DNA of 64,000 bases from an uncultured delta proteobacterium (GTDB lineage: Bacteria; Myxococcota_A; Polyangia; Polyangiales; Polyangiaceae), in contig CAVOKF010000006.1 of NCBI GenBank assembly GCA_963696385.1, positions 32,001-96,000 of the forward strand. The letters run 5' to 3'. Positions 22,659 through 32,902 of the stretch are shown here, piece after piece. Position 1 is the first letter of the stretch; every line of letters starts with the position of its first letter. A program made the position numbers and the translations under genes. The notes beneath the pieces were generated by a model. It worked only from the letters and a program-made list of their open reading frames with translations, did no database searches and had not been told where the DNA came from.

Positions 22659-23344
22659 TCGGAAACGTCGAGCTGATCGAACGCATCGCCTTGGGCGCCG
22701 CGCTCGGCGGAGTCATCGGCTACGAGCGTGACCGGCATCGTCGGCCCGTGGGCCTGCGCACGCATCTCATTGTCGCGATGGCCGCGGCTACATTTACGGT
22801 CCTGTCGGCACAGTTCGTGTACTGGCAGCACTACGGCAAGGACGACCTCGTCGAAGTCGACACGGAGCGCATTGCGGCGTCCGTGGTTTCGGCGGTCGGA
22901 TTCCTCGCGGGTGGCGCCATCCTGCGCACGGGGATCACGGTGCAAGGCCTCACCACGGCGGCAGGTCTCTGGCTGGTCACCGCCATCGGCATGTGCGCGG
23001 GCGCGGGCATGTTTGTCGTGAGTATCGCCGTCACTGCGATGGGCATTGTGGCGCTTACGGTCCTTCGGCGGTTCGAAGACAAGGACGATCACTTGATGCG
23101 AAGGCGTGTGTCGGTGGTCCTGGGAGAGGACCAGCCGGGCATCGGTCGCGTCGTATCCGTGCTCACGGAGTTGGGTGCGACGGTCTCTGAAGTCGAATAC
23201 GAGCGTCGGCTCGACGACGGAAAAAAGCGCATCGTCGCGACGTTCGACGTGCAGTTTGCCGATACGCTGGGGGTGGCCAGAATCATCGAGGGGGTCGAAT
23301 CGGTCTCCGGCGTTCGGCGCGTGCGCGTCGCGCACCCTCTGTAA
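22655..23344 (+). CDS. MgtC/SapB family membrane protein with C-terminal ACT-like domain
   Basis: IGYER..GLRTH, GFLAGGAIL, GLTTAAGLW; ATGA overlap with phoU. Confidence 0.9.
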   Translation: MIGNVELIERIALGAALGGVIGYERDRHRRPVGLRTHLIVAMAAATFTVLSAQFVYWQHYGKDDLVEVDTERIAASVVSAVGFLAGGAILRTGITVQGLTTAAGLWLVTAIGMCAGAGMFVVSIAVTAMGIVALTVLRRFEDKDDHLMRRRVSVVLGEDQPGIGRVVSVLTELGATVSEVEYERRLDDGKKRIVATFDVQFADTLGVARIIEGVESVSGVRRVRVAHPL

Positions 23345-24179
23345 GGTGCACCTCTTGTTCGGTTCGCAGATCGGGAATCTTCGTGGCGCCGGAGCTCGCA
23401 TCGTAAACCCACGCCCGCCCTGACATCGAGTGCACCTATCTCCGCTCACAGCTCGACCGCTTGGCCAAACCCGATCTCAGCCAAGGGCTATCGATTGACG
23501 CTCGCCGTGGGGGCTGGCAGCGTTTCGCGATGAGCAAACGGCTGACCAAGGGCGCTCATCTGCTCGATGCGCCGACCATTAGGCGAGTCGTGAAGTCAGG
23601 TTAGATGGGGATCTACCACCTGGGGTATTTTCAGCCTGGCGATGGCTTGGACATAAGGGTTCTCCGTGTTGGACGCTCAGACGGAGACCTTCAAGCGCGC
23701 CTGCTCCAGCACGCGCAGAGCCAGCTCGGCGCGTGGGACGCGCGTGGATGCAGCTACTTCTTCTTCGACTACGTCGATAGCGTCCAGAAAGCGTTCATCG
23801 GAGAGTGCGAGCTCTACCACAGCAACGGGAACCCACCGCGCAACAACGACCCCAAGCAGCACCCGCTCCAACCGCAGGGCGTAGCAAGGAAAGTGCTGTG
23901 CCCAGAACGAAATCGTCCGCACTCGAAGCCATAGAAGCATGATAAAAGGGTCGCGGGGGCCCGCCGTGCCAACTATTTTTCGGGATCCGCGTTCTCGCTC
24001 AAACTGATCAAAGGTGAACCGAGCACCGGCGCACGGACCTTGTGAGGGTGAACCGGGCGTCCGATTCGATTCGTCGCCGGGCCGCGGGCAGGCGAGGTAC
24101 GGTGGCCATGCCCGCTGGGTCTGTGGCTGCCCCCCCGGCCCGGTCTGGCGGGCATTATTCGCATTCTGGTGGCCGGCCG

Positions 24180-24401
24180 CTGAAGCGTCAGCTCGCTCTC
24201 CTCGATCTGCTCGCGCGGACCTCGCGAGCGGGAGCCCAATCCGTCATCGCCACGCACTCGCCCATCCTGCTCGCGTGCCCTGGGGCACGGATTTTCAGCT
24301 TCGATCAGATCCCGATCTCCCGGGTCGGTTACGGGGACCTCGAGCACGTCGTCATTACCCGGGACTTCCTCAACGACCCCGGACGGTTCATCAGGAGATA
24401 G
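24180..24401 (+). pseudogene. C-terminal fragment of an ABC/AAA-type predicted ATPase
   Basis: RQLALL..IATHSPILLACPGARIFSF..TRDFLNDP. Confidence 0.6.
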
Positions 24402-24745
24402 CCAGGACTTCGCCGTCAGGTGCGCGGGCGCCGCCGCCCCTGCGAACGCCCTTTCGGTGACGGACTGGATCGTGAGCGCTGACGTGTCCGGGGTCGAAGA
24501 CGTAGCCAATCGGCCAATTCGTGGCGAGGAATTTTCAGCCCTCGGGCTCGCGCGAGACCTTGCAGCTCTATTCCCATGAACATGAAGGCGAGCAGCAGCG
24601 CCTGAACCCCGAGCGGCTTCCCTCGTCCGTCCGTAATTCACAAGCGCAACGATAGCCGCCAGCCTCGAGTTGCTCAGGAAAGCGAAACCGAGCCTCGACG
24701 CGGACGCTGGAGCCGTCGAGGGTCGCTGAGAAGCGCCTCGTCAGA

Positions 24746-24845
24746 CTAGTACCCCGATTCCATGAAACGGAGGGGTGAGACCACCCGATCCCGTCGGGAA
24801 TATCGCGGAAAACGACCCTTCCATTCCGCGGAATCGAGGTACTAG
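24746..24845 (-). mobile_element. IS630-related MITE
   Basis: Reverse-complement copy of the 16508 unit, CTAG at both ends. Confidence 0.9.
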
Positions 24846-24869
24846 TAGTCGACATAGCAATCGGCCCTA

Positions 24870-25150
24870 AGTTTCGTATACTATACCGACGCCGCTAGGG
24901 GGACCGTGTCAAGCGTCCCCACGAATGGCTCGGCGGCCCCCACCATGATTGCATCCGCATCGGCTCCGCTTGGGCTCGTGGCCGACGGGAACTACGTCTA
25001 TTGGATCAATGGCTCGGGCACGAGCATCATGAAGGTGCCACTCGCTGGCGGTGCCGTGACGACACTCGCAACCGGCCAGAGCGCCACCGCAATCGCTCAG
25101 GATGGGTCGTCGCTGTATTGGACCAACGCCTCCGCGATCATGCGGATTCC
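24870..25150 (+). pseudogene. Fragment of a YWTD-like beta-propeller protein
   Basis: VYWINGS..IMKVPLAGG..LYWTN repeats, bounded by a MITE and an rve element. Confidence 0.5.
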
Positions 25151-26270
25151 GAGGACCGGAACCTGCTGGCCGATGCCCTGGTGAGGCCGAGCCGGGTTGA
25201 AGTAGCTCAGGGCATACTCGGCGAGGACATACCGCAGGTGCCGCTCCGACAGGATGATCACGTGGTCGAGGCACTCGCGGCGGACGCTACCCAAGAAGCG
25301 TTCGCACACCGCATTCATCAGGGGCGCCCGGACCGCGGTGTGCAGGACGCGCGTCCCGACGCCCGCGGCGACGCGGTCGAAGACGGCTCCGAACTTGTCG
25401 TCGCGATCGCGGATGATGAACTGCGGCGCGTGCCCGAAGGGCGTCGCGTTGCGAATCTGCTGCGCAGTCCACGCTTGCGTGGGAGCGCGCGTCACCGACA
25501 CCTGCACGACGCGCTTGGCGTTCACGTCCACGATGAAGAAGGCGTAGATGGGACGGAACCAGATGTCGTAGGTCTGCAGGAAGTCGCACGCCCAAACGGT
25601 GTGGTTTCGCAGGAAGGTCCGCCAGCGTTGTCCGGGGCGAGGCGCGACGGGCCCCGCGCCGCCTCGCATATACCGTTGAACTGTGCGCTTCGCGATGCGG
25701 ACGCCGAGCTTCAAGGGCTCGCCTCGAATCCGCTCGGCTCCCCAGGGCCGGTTGTCGGTCGCCATGCGGTGGATGAGGGCGACAACCTCCGGCGCGACGC
25801 GCCGTTCGCGTGGACCGTGCTGGCGGGATGCCCGCCGCCAGAACACTCGGAATCCTTCCCGGTGCCATCGCAGGACCGTCTCGGGCTTGACCAGGAGCAT
25901 GGCCTGGCGCCACCCGCGATAGAGGCTCGCGAGCAGCACGAGCAGGCCTCGCTCGTGGACGCGAAAGGCCGGGCGTTTGACGGCGCGCGAGGCGACGATG
26001 AGCTGCTGCCGAAGGAGCGCGTTCTCGGCGATGAGCTCGGCGCGGGAGCGGGTCAGGTCGGCGATGAATCCGCTCGCGACGCCCGAAGGACGGCACGCGT
26101 GGCGGAGCGCCCTCATCGCCCGGGCTGCCAGATCGGCGAGCGTGGCCGCAAGCCGGGAGACGGGGACGCGGAGCACGGCGCGATCCGAGCCGATCCGAGG
26201 GCGATCATCAAGGCTTGTTCGCCACCGACTCCTGAGCGATCGTGCGGCGGAGGAGGGAAGTAGCCAACAC
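25150..26270 (-). mobile_element. rve (integrase core domain) transposase element, IS481/IS3-like, 3'-truncated
   Basis: ENALLRQQL, VKPETVLRWHR, WGAERI, WACDF, IRDRDDKF, NAVCERFLGSVRRECLD; end TGTTGGCTACTT. Confidence 0.8.
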
Positions 26271-26271
26271 G

Positions 26272-26617
26272 GGGCGTTGGACACGCTCAAAGCAAGGTCC
26301 TTGAGCGTCGGCGCGCGTTCGCGATCGCCGACGGGAATACCGACAGCGATTTTTTCGGCTCCGTGAAACCGGCATGCCATCGGTGTATTCCGAGCACGGG
26401 CGCGTGAGCCAAGTTCCCCGCTTTTAAAGAGCAGATCGCGTGCCGAAGCGTTGTCGCTGCGGCTCCGTCCAAGTGGACGATTGAGCAACTGCGCCGATAC
26501 GCCTCGACGCTCATCGCACGCGTCACGGGCGCAGTCGCACAATCGCCTATTATTTATGTGACTGCGGCGGTTTCCCGGTCTCTTCGTTGGCCGATACGCT
26601 TTGGAGCGACTATTCGC
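26272..26617. repeat. Inverted copy of the 16184-16440 segment; includes the 60-bp core also at 11690
   Basis: Direct sequence identity. Confidence 0.85.
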
Positions 26618-26903
26618 TTTCGATCGAACGGATGCGGTTTCACACCCATTACTTTTATCACGATTGCGTCCATGGCAACCCATGTGTCGGTCGGTCGGGG
26701 GGCTCGCGCTACATCGTTCAAGCGTCATGAGGGGACGATCGCGCAAGCCGAGGAGTTTTCGAACTGCGTCAGGAAGGGGGAGTCAGGCGCCCGACGTGTG
26801 CCAACCGCGACATTTCAATCGTGGGATTTGCACGTAAGGTCAGTTCCCGTCTTGCGAGAGCCACAATGGGCGCGCCTGGTCCGCGGCTTGCTGGTCGTCG
26901 GTT

Positions 26904-27674
26904 GTGCTTTCACGCCAAGCGCTCATCGCCTCCGTGCTGCTTGTCGCGCTCACCGCGTCCTGCGGCAGCTCCCCGGCCGGGCCTGACATGATGGACGCGG
27001 GCCCTGGTGACGCGACCAGCAGCGCAGCCGACGACGCCCACGGCGGAACCACAGAGGGCGGTGATACGAGCGTGGGCTCGACAGAATCCGACGGCGAATC
27101 GGGGACCGACGGTGCGCCGTACGACGCCTCACCGGCCGACGCGGAAAAGGGAGACGCTCGGGCACCGGCCGACGGCGGAGAAGACGCACCGCCGAACGCC
27201 GTCGTGGACGGCGGAGTGGCGTGCGGTCCCAAGCGGTGCGATCCCGGCCTCGACTGCTGCGATCCAAGCTGCGGCCTCTGCGCATTGAGCACCGTCTGCG
27301 CGGAGATGGGGGTCTGCGCTCCCCCGGCGGACGCGCAGCCGCCGAACACGTGCGGATCGCAGACCTGCTCGCAGCGGCAGGTATGTGTCTATTCGGTTCT
27401 CGGCGGTACCCCGGCCCAGTGCACGCCACTCAACGACGCGGACTCGTGTGCGTCTGGAACCTCGTATACGCCGACGTGTCCGAACCTGAACGACCGTCCG
27501 GGCTGTATCGGGCCTTCGCCATCGCCGCAGCCTCTGGGGTGCATCGACATTCCGGCGTCCTGCGGCACGGTCCTTCAATGCGCGTGTTTTCCACCCGGCG
27601 TGTGCGCCGACGCGGGTGGCACCGCGACATGCGCCATCGTCAACTCCCTATCACTCACGTGCGCCACCGAGTGA
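26904..27674 (+). CDS. Cys-rich lipoprotein
   Basis: LTASC lipobox, acidic DAG linker, many Cys. Confidence 0.7.
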   Translation: MLSRQALIASVLLVALTASCGSSPAGPDMMDAGPGDATSSAADDAHGGTTEGGDTSVGSTESDGESGTDGAPYDASPADAEKGDARAPADGGEDAPPNAVVDGGVACGPKRCDPGLDCCDPSCGLCALSTVCAEMGVCAPPADAQPPNTCGSQTCSQRQVCVYSVLGGTPAQCTPLNDADSCASGTSYTPTCPNLNDRPGCIGPSPSPQPLGCIDIPASCGTVLQCACFPPGVCADAGGTATCAIVNSLSLTCATE

Positions 27675-27868
27675 ACGGAAGGAACCGCGGGGTCGAGCTC
27701 GTGGAGCTGGCGCGGCACCGCTCGCGCGCTGGTTCGGTGGCGCGCATGCCGGTCGTTGGTGGCTGGTCCTCCAAGTCTTGCCGATTCGCAAGGCAAGCTG
27801 ACTGCAAACTTTGGCATCAACTGGGGCCCCGCGCGCCACCGTGCGCTCACGTGCGGCGTGCGCTAGCG

Positions 27869-27968
27869 CTAGTACCCCGATTCCATGAAACGGAGGGGTG
27901 AGACCACCCGATCCCGTCGGGAATATCGCGGAAAACGACCCTTCCATTCCGCGGAATCGAGGTACTAG
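27869..27968 (-). mobile_element. IS630-related MITE
   Basis: Same sequence as 24746-24845. Confidence 0.9.
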
Positions 27969-28301
27969 CCCCGATCTGACATTCGTAGCGAAAAGGTTGT
28001 GAGACAGGAAATCGCCTGTTTGTTCGTGTTTGTCTCGCGTTGTAAGCACGTCGGTCGACGAAGAGCCCGCGGAGGCGGGCGCGGAAACATATCGCGTCTT
28101 ATATCGCGTCTTAGGAGCGTCCGTTGCCACTGAAAGTACCGTCCAATTGGAGCTGCCGCGCTCGGCGCTATTTGCATCAAGCGACACGGTGGCCGATCCG
28201 CTGGCGCTCGGGAAGTGGCTGAAGATCAAGGCCTAGGTTGATCCCGGGCCAGCCAGGGCTCGGGTGGGCCGCGCCGCGCGCAGGACTGGAGGTCCGCAGG
28301 G

Positions 28302-30179
28302 TCACCCGTTGCGCCGCCGCTCAAGTGCCGAAATGTCGCGCACGGCACCGCACGAGGCGCTCGTCGTCATTAGCGCGTACGCCTTGAGCGCGGTCGATAC
28401 GTGGCGATCGCGGTTGGGTCGCCACGCGTCCAGACCGCGGGCGTCCATGCGTCCACGTCGAGCCTCAAGGTCGGATGGGCCAAGGAGAAGTTCGATGCGT
28501 CGAGACGGGATGTCGATTCGAATGCGATCGCCATCTTCGATCAAGGCGATCGCCCCGCCTTCCGCGGCTTCGGGCGACACGTGTCCGATGCTGAGACCCG
28601 AGGTCCCGCCGCTGAAGCGGCCGTCCGTGATGAGGGCGCAGACTTGCCCGAGGCCTTTGCCCTTGAGAAATGAGGTGGGATAGAGCATTTCCTGCATGCC
28701 CGGTCCGCCGCGCGGGCCCTCGTAGGCGATGACGACGACGTCGCCGGGGGCGATTCGATCGGCCAGGATGGCTTCGCACGCAGCCTCTTGCGAATGGAAG
28801 ACCCGCGCGCGGCCGTCGAAGCAGAGGCAAGACGGGTCGACGCCCGCGGTCTTTACGATGCATCCATCTTCGGCGATGTTGCCCTGCAGGACGGCAAGGC
28901 CGCCGTCGCGCGCGTAGGCGTGTTCGGAGTCGCGGATGCAGCCCTTTGCGGGGTCGTCGTCGGTCGATTCGAAGTAGGTGTCTTGGGAGAACGCGTCGCG
29001 TGTACGGACCCCGGCGGGCGCCGCGAGCGCCCGTTGGCGCGCGCGAGTCGCGGCCGTGGGCCGCCGAATGTCGTTTGCGTCGATTGCCTCGCCGATCGTG
29101 GTGGCGTGGACGGTGAGCGCGCTGCGGTGGATGAGACTCATGCGATCGAGTTCACCGAGGATGGTGAAGATACCGCCCGCGCGATGCACGTCCTCCACAT
29201 GGTAGTTGGAGGACGGGGCGACCTTGCACAGGTTCGGGACCTTTCGCGAGAGTCGATCGATGTCGGCCATGCCGAAGGCAACGCCCGCCTCATGAGCCAT
29301 GGCGAGCACGTGCAGTACCGTGTTCGTGGATCCGCCCATGGCAATGTCCAGAGCCATCGCGTTCTCGAACGCCTCGAACGTCGCGATGCTGCGAGGAAGC
29401 ACGGAGCGGTCGCCGCCGACGTAGTATCGCTGGGTCATTTCGACGAGCTGGCGCGACGCGTTGTCGAACAGCTCGCGACGCATGATGTGGGTGGCCAGGA
29501 GCGTACCGTTTCCGGGCAGCGCGAGTCCGATGGCCTCGTTCAAGCAGTTCATGCTGTTGGCGGTGAACATGCCCGAGCAGGATCCGCAGGTCGGGCAAGC
29601 CGCGGCTTCGATACGGGCGAGCTCCTCGTTGGCCACGCGCGCGTCACTCGAGGCGATCATCGAGTCGATGAGGTCGAGCTTGCGCGCGATGGGCTGTCCG
29701 TCGCGGCCTCGCGTTCCGACCAGGCGGCCGGCTTCCATGGGCCCCCCGGAAACGAAGATGGTGGGAATGTTCAGGCGCAGGGCCGCCAGGAGCATCCCCG
29801 GCGTAATCTTGTCGCAGTTCGAGATGCAGAAGAGCGCGTCGGCGCAGTGCGCGTTGACCATCGTCTCGACCGAGTCGGCGATGAGCTCGCGGCTCGGCAG
29901 CGAGTAGAGCATCCCGCCGTGCCCCATGGCGATGCCGTCGTCCACGGCAATCGTGTTGAACTCGACGCCCCAGCCTCCCGCCGCATCGATGCTCTTTTTC
30001 ACCTGCTGGCCGACGTTGTGCAAATGGACGTGCCCCGGAACGAATTGCGTGAAGCTGTTGGCGATGGCGACGATCGGCTTTTCGAAGTCGCCGTCGGTCA
30101 TACCCGTGGCGCGCCAGAGGGCGCGCGCGCCGGCCATGTTGCGGCCCGAGGTGGCTGTACGACTGCGGTAAAGAGGCAT
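28302..30179 (-). CDS. ilvD: Dihydroxy-acid dehydratase
   Basis: [64 protein letters not shown]. Confidence 0.97.
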   Translation of the reverse strand: MPLYRSRTATSGRNMAGARALWRATGMTDGDFEKPIVAIANSFTQFVPGHVHLHNVGQQVKKSIDAAGGWGVEFNTIAVDDGIAMGHGGMLYSLPSRELIADSVETMVNAHCADALFCISNCDKITPGMLLAALRLNIPTIFVSGGPMEAGRLVGTRGRDGQPIARKLDLIDSMIASSDARVANEELARIEAAACPTCGSCSGMFTANSMNCLNEAIGLALPGNGTLLATHIMRRELFDNASRQLVEMTQRYYVGGDRSVLPRSIATFEAFENAMALDIAMGGSTNTVLHVLAMAHEAGVAFGMADIDRLSRKVPNLCKVAPSSNYHVEDVHRAGGIFTILGELDRMSLIHRSALTVHATTIGEAIDANDIRRPTAATRARQRALAAPAGVRTRDAFSQDTYFESTDDDPAKGCIRDSEHAYARDGGLAVLQGNIAEDGCIVKTAGVDPSCLCFDGRARVFHSQEAACEAILADRIAPGDVVVIAYEGPRGGPGMQEMLYPTSFLKGKGLGQVCALITDGRFSGGTSGLSIGHVSPEAAEGGAIALIEDGDRIRIDIPSRRIELLLGPSDLEARRGRMDARGLDAWRPNRDRHVSTALKAYALMTTSASCGAVRDISALERRRNG

Positions 30180-30247
30180 GGCGGCAGGCACCGTAGTGGA
30201 GGATTTGGTGACGTTCTAGGCGAGCGGTCCGAAGCTGAGTCGTATCG

Positions 30248-31174
30248 TCAAAAGGAGTCTGGATGGGCGCCCGCACGCTCGATCTCGGCGAGGCATGCGA
30301 GCGTCTCGAGCGCGTCGAGGGTGTCCTTCAGTGTCGGGATCGCTCCTAGCGCGCGGGAAAAGCCGCCGTCGTCGGTCTGGCAACCGGAAATGTAGCGGCG
30401 AATGCGGTCGCAATCGGTCGGCCGACGGCCGAATCGCTGAAACAGACGCGTGCCCGCACGCTGCACCTCGATGCTGGTCGACGTGGCCTCGGGCGTCACG
30501 TTGAAGCCCCACGGTTCGCCCTCGCACCGCGATGCGTAGACGCAAACCTCGCTAGCGATGCCGACGCCGAGCGCGTCGGCCAGTTCGACCGCGATGGCCG
30601 TGTCGACGAGGTTGGGCCCCGGAGAGCCGAATCCGCCGCCGGTGCACGGCAGTGCGCACAGCCATCTCGCGAGCGCATCGCGGATCGCGAGGTCAAGAGC
30701 GCCGCCCCACGTCTGCAGCACTTCGACCGACCGCCAGATGTCGAGCAATGTCGCGGCAGTGGGGGACGCGGTCGAGAGAGCTGGCGCGCGCGAATCTGGC
30801 TCGCTGGCCGGCGGGCCGAGGTCTCTGGCGATGCGGTCGAGAAAACGGTCGGGGCCCCGGCGCGGCGGGGCACCCACAAGGCGGAGGGCGGAGAGCGTAG
30901 CCCAGCCAATGACGAGGGTTGAGTAGTCGCCGGAGCCGTGTTGCTGCGCCTGAAGCCAGGTCGCGCATCGCTCGCGATCAGGAACGTCGGCGCCGAGCCA
31001 TCGAAGAGCGGCGATCGCAAAATAGGTGTCCGGAGCGTTCGGTTCTTCCACGCCCCATGCCCTGTAGAAACAAAACCCTCCGTCGGGCGTCTGTCGACCC
31101 AGCGTGTATCGACAGGCGCGGTCTGCCATTGCCGTGTCCCAGGGGCGAACGACCGCGACCCCCTTTGTGTTCAT
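30248..31174 (-). CDS. Prenyltransferase/squalene-cyclase repeat (alpha/alpha barrel) protein
   Basis: RQTPDGGF, AQQHGSGDY, GGGFG, CQTDDGGF repeats; 4-nt overlap with the upstream HEAT gene. Confidence 0.75.
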   Translation of the reverse strand: MNTKGVAVVRPWDTAMADRACRYTLGRQTPDGGFCFYRAWGVEEPNAPDTYFAIAALRWLGADVPDRERCATWLQAQQHGSGDYSTLVIGWATLSALRLVGAPPRRGPDRFLDRIARDLGPPASEPDSRAPALSTASPTAATLLDIWRSVEVLQTWGGALDLAIRDALARWLCALPCTGGGFGSPGPNLVDTAIAVELADALGVGIASEVCVYASRCEGEPWGFNVTPEATSTSIEVQRAGTRLFQRFGRRPTDCDRIRRYISGCQTDDGGFSRALGAIPTLKDTLDALETLACLAEIERAGAHPDSF

Positions 31175-32460
31175 GGGGCCTCCCTTCGGGCTCGTGCGAG
31201 ACGCCAGGCGAGCGCTCGAGCGCGCCAGGTTCCCGCTGCACGAAGTGCCGGGACGGCTCGAAGGCCGAGTGCGGTGATGGAGTCTTTCACCACCTGCCGC
31301 ACGCGGCGATCGCGGTCGGCAAACATTGCCGAGAGCTGTGCGGCGCCCGCCTCGCCGTACGCGGCCAGGGCTGTCGCGACCCGCTGTCGAACTTGCGGAT
31401 GCGGATCGTCCCGGAACGCTGTGATCGCGGCTACCGCCGTCGCGTCGTGAAGTCGCTCGAGAGTGGAGGCCGCAAGGAGCCGTGCGGGCGCGTCGTTGTC
31501 CTTGGCGATCGCAGCGAGAGCGTCGATGACAACGGCTCCGCCGATGCGTCCGAGCGCGTCAATCGATCGCCGCCGCCGACGGCGATCGTTCGGGTCGGCC
31601 TTGGGGTCGATGGCGAGGGCGTGCTGGAGGGCTGGGATCGCCGGGCCGCCGACCTTGGCGAGAGCCTCCTCCGCATTGTCGGCCTGCCACCACGCTCTTG
31701 ACCCGAGCGCGTTGACGAGGACGGCGATGGCTCGTTCATCCAGGCGCCCGCGGCCACAGAGCGCGAGGGCGGCGGCTTGCTGCACGTCCGAAGAGCGGTC
31801 GTCGAGCGCCCGGTGCAGCACGTGCTTGTCGTTTTCAAGCTCTGCGAGCAGTGTAACGGCGGCCGCCCGACCCCACGCGCGATCGGCCCGCTCGTTCTCG
31901 GTCCCTCCCGACACGGCAGCGCGATCGAGGTGGGGACATACGAGATCGCTGGCAAAGCGGCGAAGAGCGTCGGACGCCGTTCGGCCGGTCACGTCCGAGT
32001 GCAGCCGGTCGACCAGGACCGGGATCGCCCGAAGGTCACGCAGGCGACCCAGTGCGGTCGCGCACGCCGGGTACGCCTGGATTCGCAGCGCGGACATCAG
32101 GGGCTCAACGGCCCTTCGATCGCCGATTTCGCCGAGGTTCTCGGCGATGCGATTGACGACCACGGACTCTGCCTGCGCCAGGACGGAGTCGAGTGGCCGC
32201 TCGATCCCGTCTGCCAGCCCACGCAGCAGGGCGTCCACCGCAGACGGCGATCCGATGAGGCCGAGCGCGTCGGCGGCGAGGCTTCGTGGCTGGTCGGTGG
32301 ACTCGGAGGGGCCGCGCAGGAGCCGCTCGAGCGGTGGGATTGCACGCGCCCCGAATGCGACCACTTGGGCCAGCTGCTTGGGACCGTCGTGCAGTGTGCG
32401 AAGGGCCTCGACGGCTCGCGCGGGCGTGATGAGCTGGCCTGCTGATGACTCCTGAGACAA
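31171..32460 (-). CDS. HEAT/PBS-lyase repeat protein
   Basis: Repeated AADALGLIG, LGEIGDRRAVEPL, ALGRLRD.RAIPVL, DDPHPQVRQ; GGAGG RBS and TTG start. Confidence 0.85.
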   Translation of the reverse strand: MSQESSAGQLITPARAVEALRTLHDGPKQLAQVVAFGARAIPPLERLLRGPSESTDQPRSLAADALGLIGSPSAVDALLRGLADGIERPLDSVLAQAESVVVNRIAENLGEIGDRRAVEPLMSALRIQAYPACATALGRLRDLRAIPVLVDRLHSDVTGRTASDALRRFASDLVCPHLDRAAVSGGTENERADRAWGRAAAVTLLAELENDKHVLHRALDDRSSDVQQAAALALCGRGRLDERAIAVLVNALGSRAWWQADNAEEALAKVGGPAIPALQHALAIDPKADPNDRRRRRRSIDALGRIGGAVVIDALAAIAKDNDAPARLLAASTLERLHDATAVAAITAFRDDPHPQVRQRVATALAAYGEAGAAQLSAMFADRDRRVRQVVKDSITALGLRAVPALRAAGTWRARALAWRLARARREAP

Positions 32461-32489
32461 GGCTCACCTCCGTGGTGATGACCAGGTCC

Positions 32490-32542
32490 GTAGGAGTCAT
32501 CAGCTCGCCTTGCGGTGAGCGATTTCGGTGAACTCCATCACC
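32490..32542 (-). promoter_or_regulatory. Fluoride (crcB-motif) riboswitch 1
   Basis: GGTGATGGAGTTCACC-GAAATCGC..GCGA-GCTGATGACTCCTAC: P1 GGTGA/TCACC, pseudoknot GGAGT/ACTCC. Confidence 0.92.
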
Positions 32543-32723
32543 GTGTGGGCGCGGCTTGAACCCACAACCAAAGCATAGCGGATCGGCGGGCCGGTTGCAC
32601 TGCTTCGAGGCTGCGCCGCGACGCGACGAGGTCGCCCGCAAGGCCTGCTTCTGACCGCCAAGAGTCGGCGCTCGGTGACCTCTTGCCAGCCAAGTCGCTT
32701 CGCGTTAGGCCGAGAACGTCGAC

Positions 32724-32784
32724 GGTGGTGGAGTCCACCGAAACCGTCGCCTCGCACCGGGCGGGGTGAACCAATGACTCCTGC
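32724..32784 (+). promoter_or_regulatory. Fluoride riboswitch 2
   Basis: GGTGGTGGAGTCCACC-GAAACCG..CCAATGACTCCTGC. Confidence 0.85.
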
Positions 32785-32902
32785 GGCCTTGGTCTAGGTG
32801 CTGCAGAGAGCGGCGCCTTGTCGCTGGAAGCGAGGCGCCCGTGATCCGTACAAAGCCGCGCGCGAAAAGAGGGAACGACGGGTCAGGACCCGTTATCGCG
32901 GG

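Noticed and set aside
32420..32455. Plus-strand fluoride riboswitch (GCTGATGACTCCTG)
   Set aside because: Lacks the 5' half; better explained as the anti-aptamer strand of riboswitch 1
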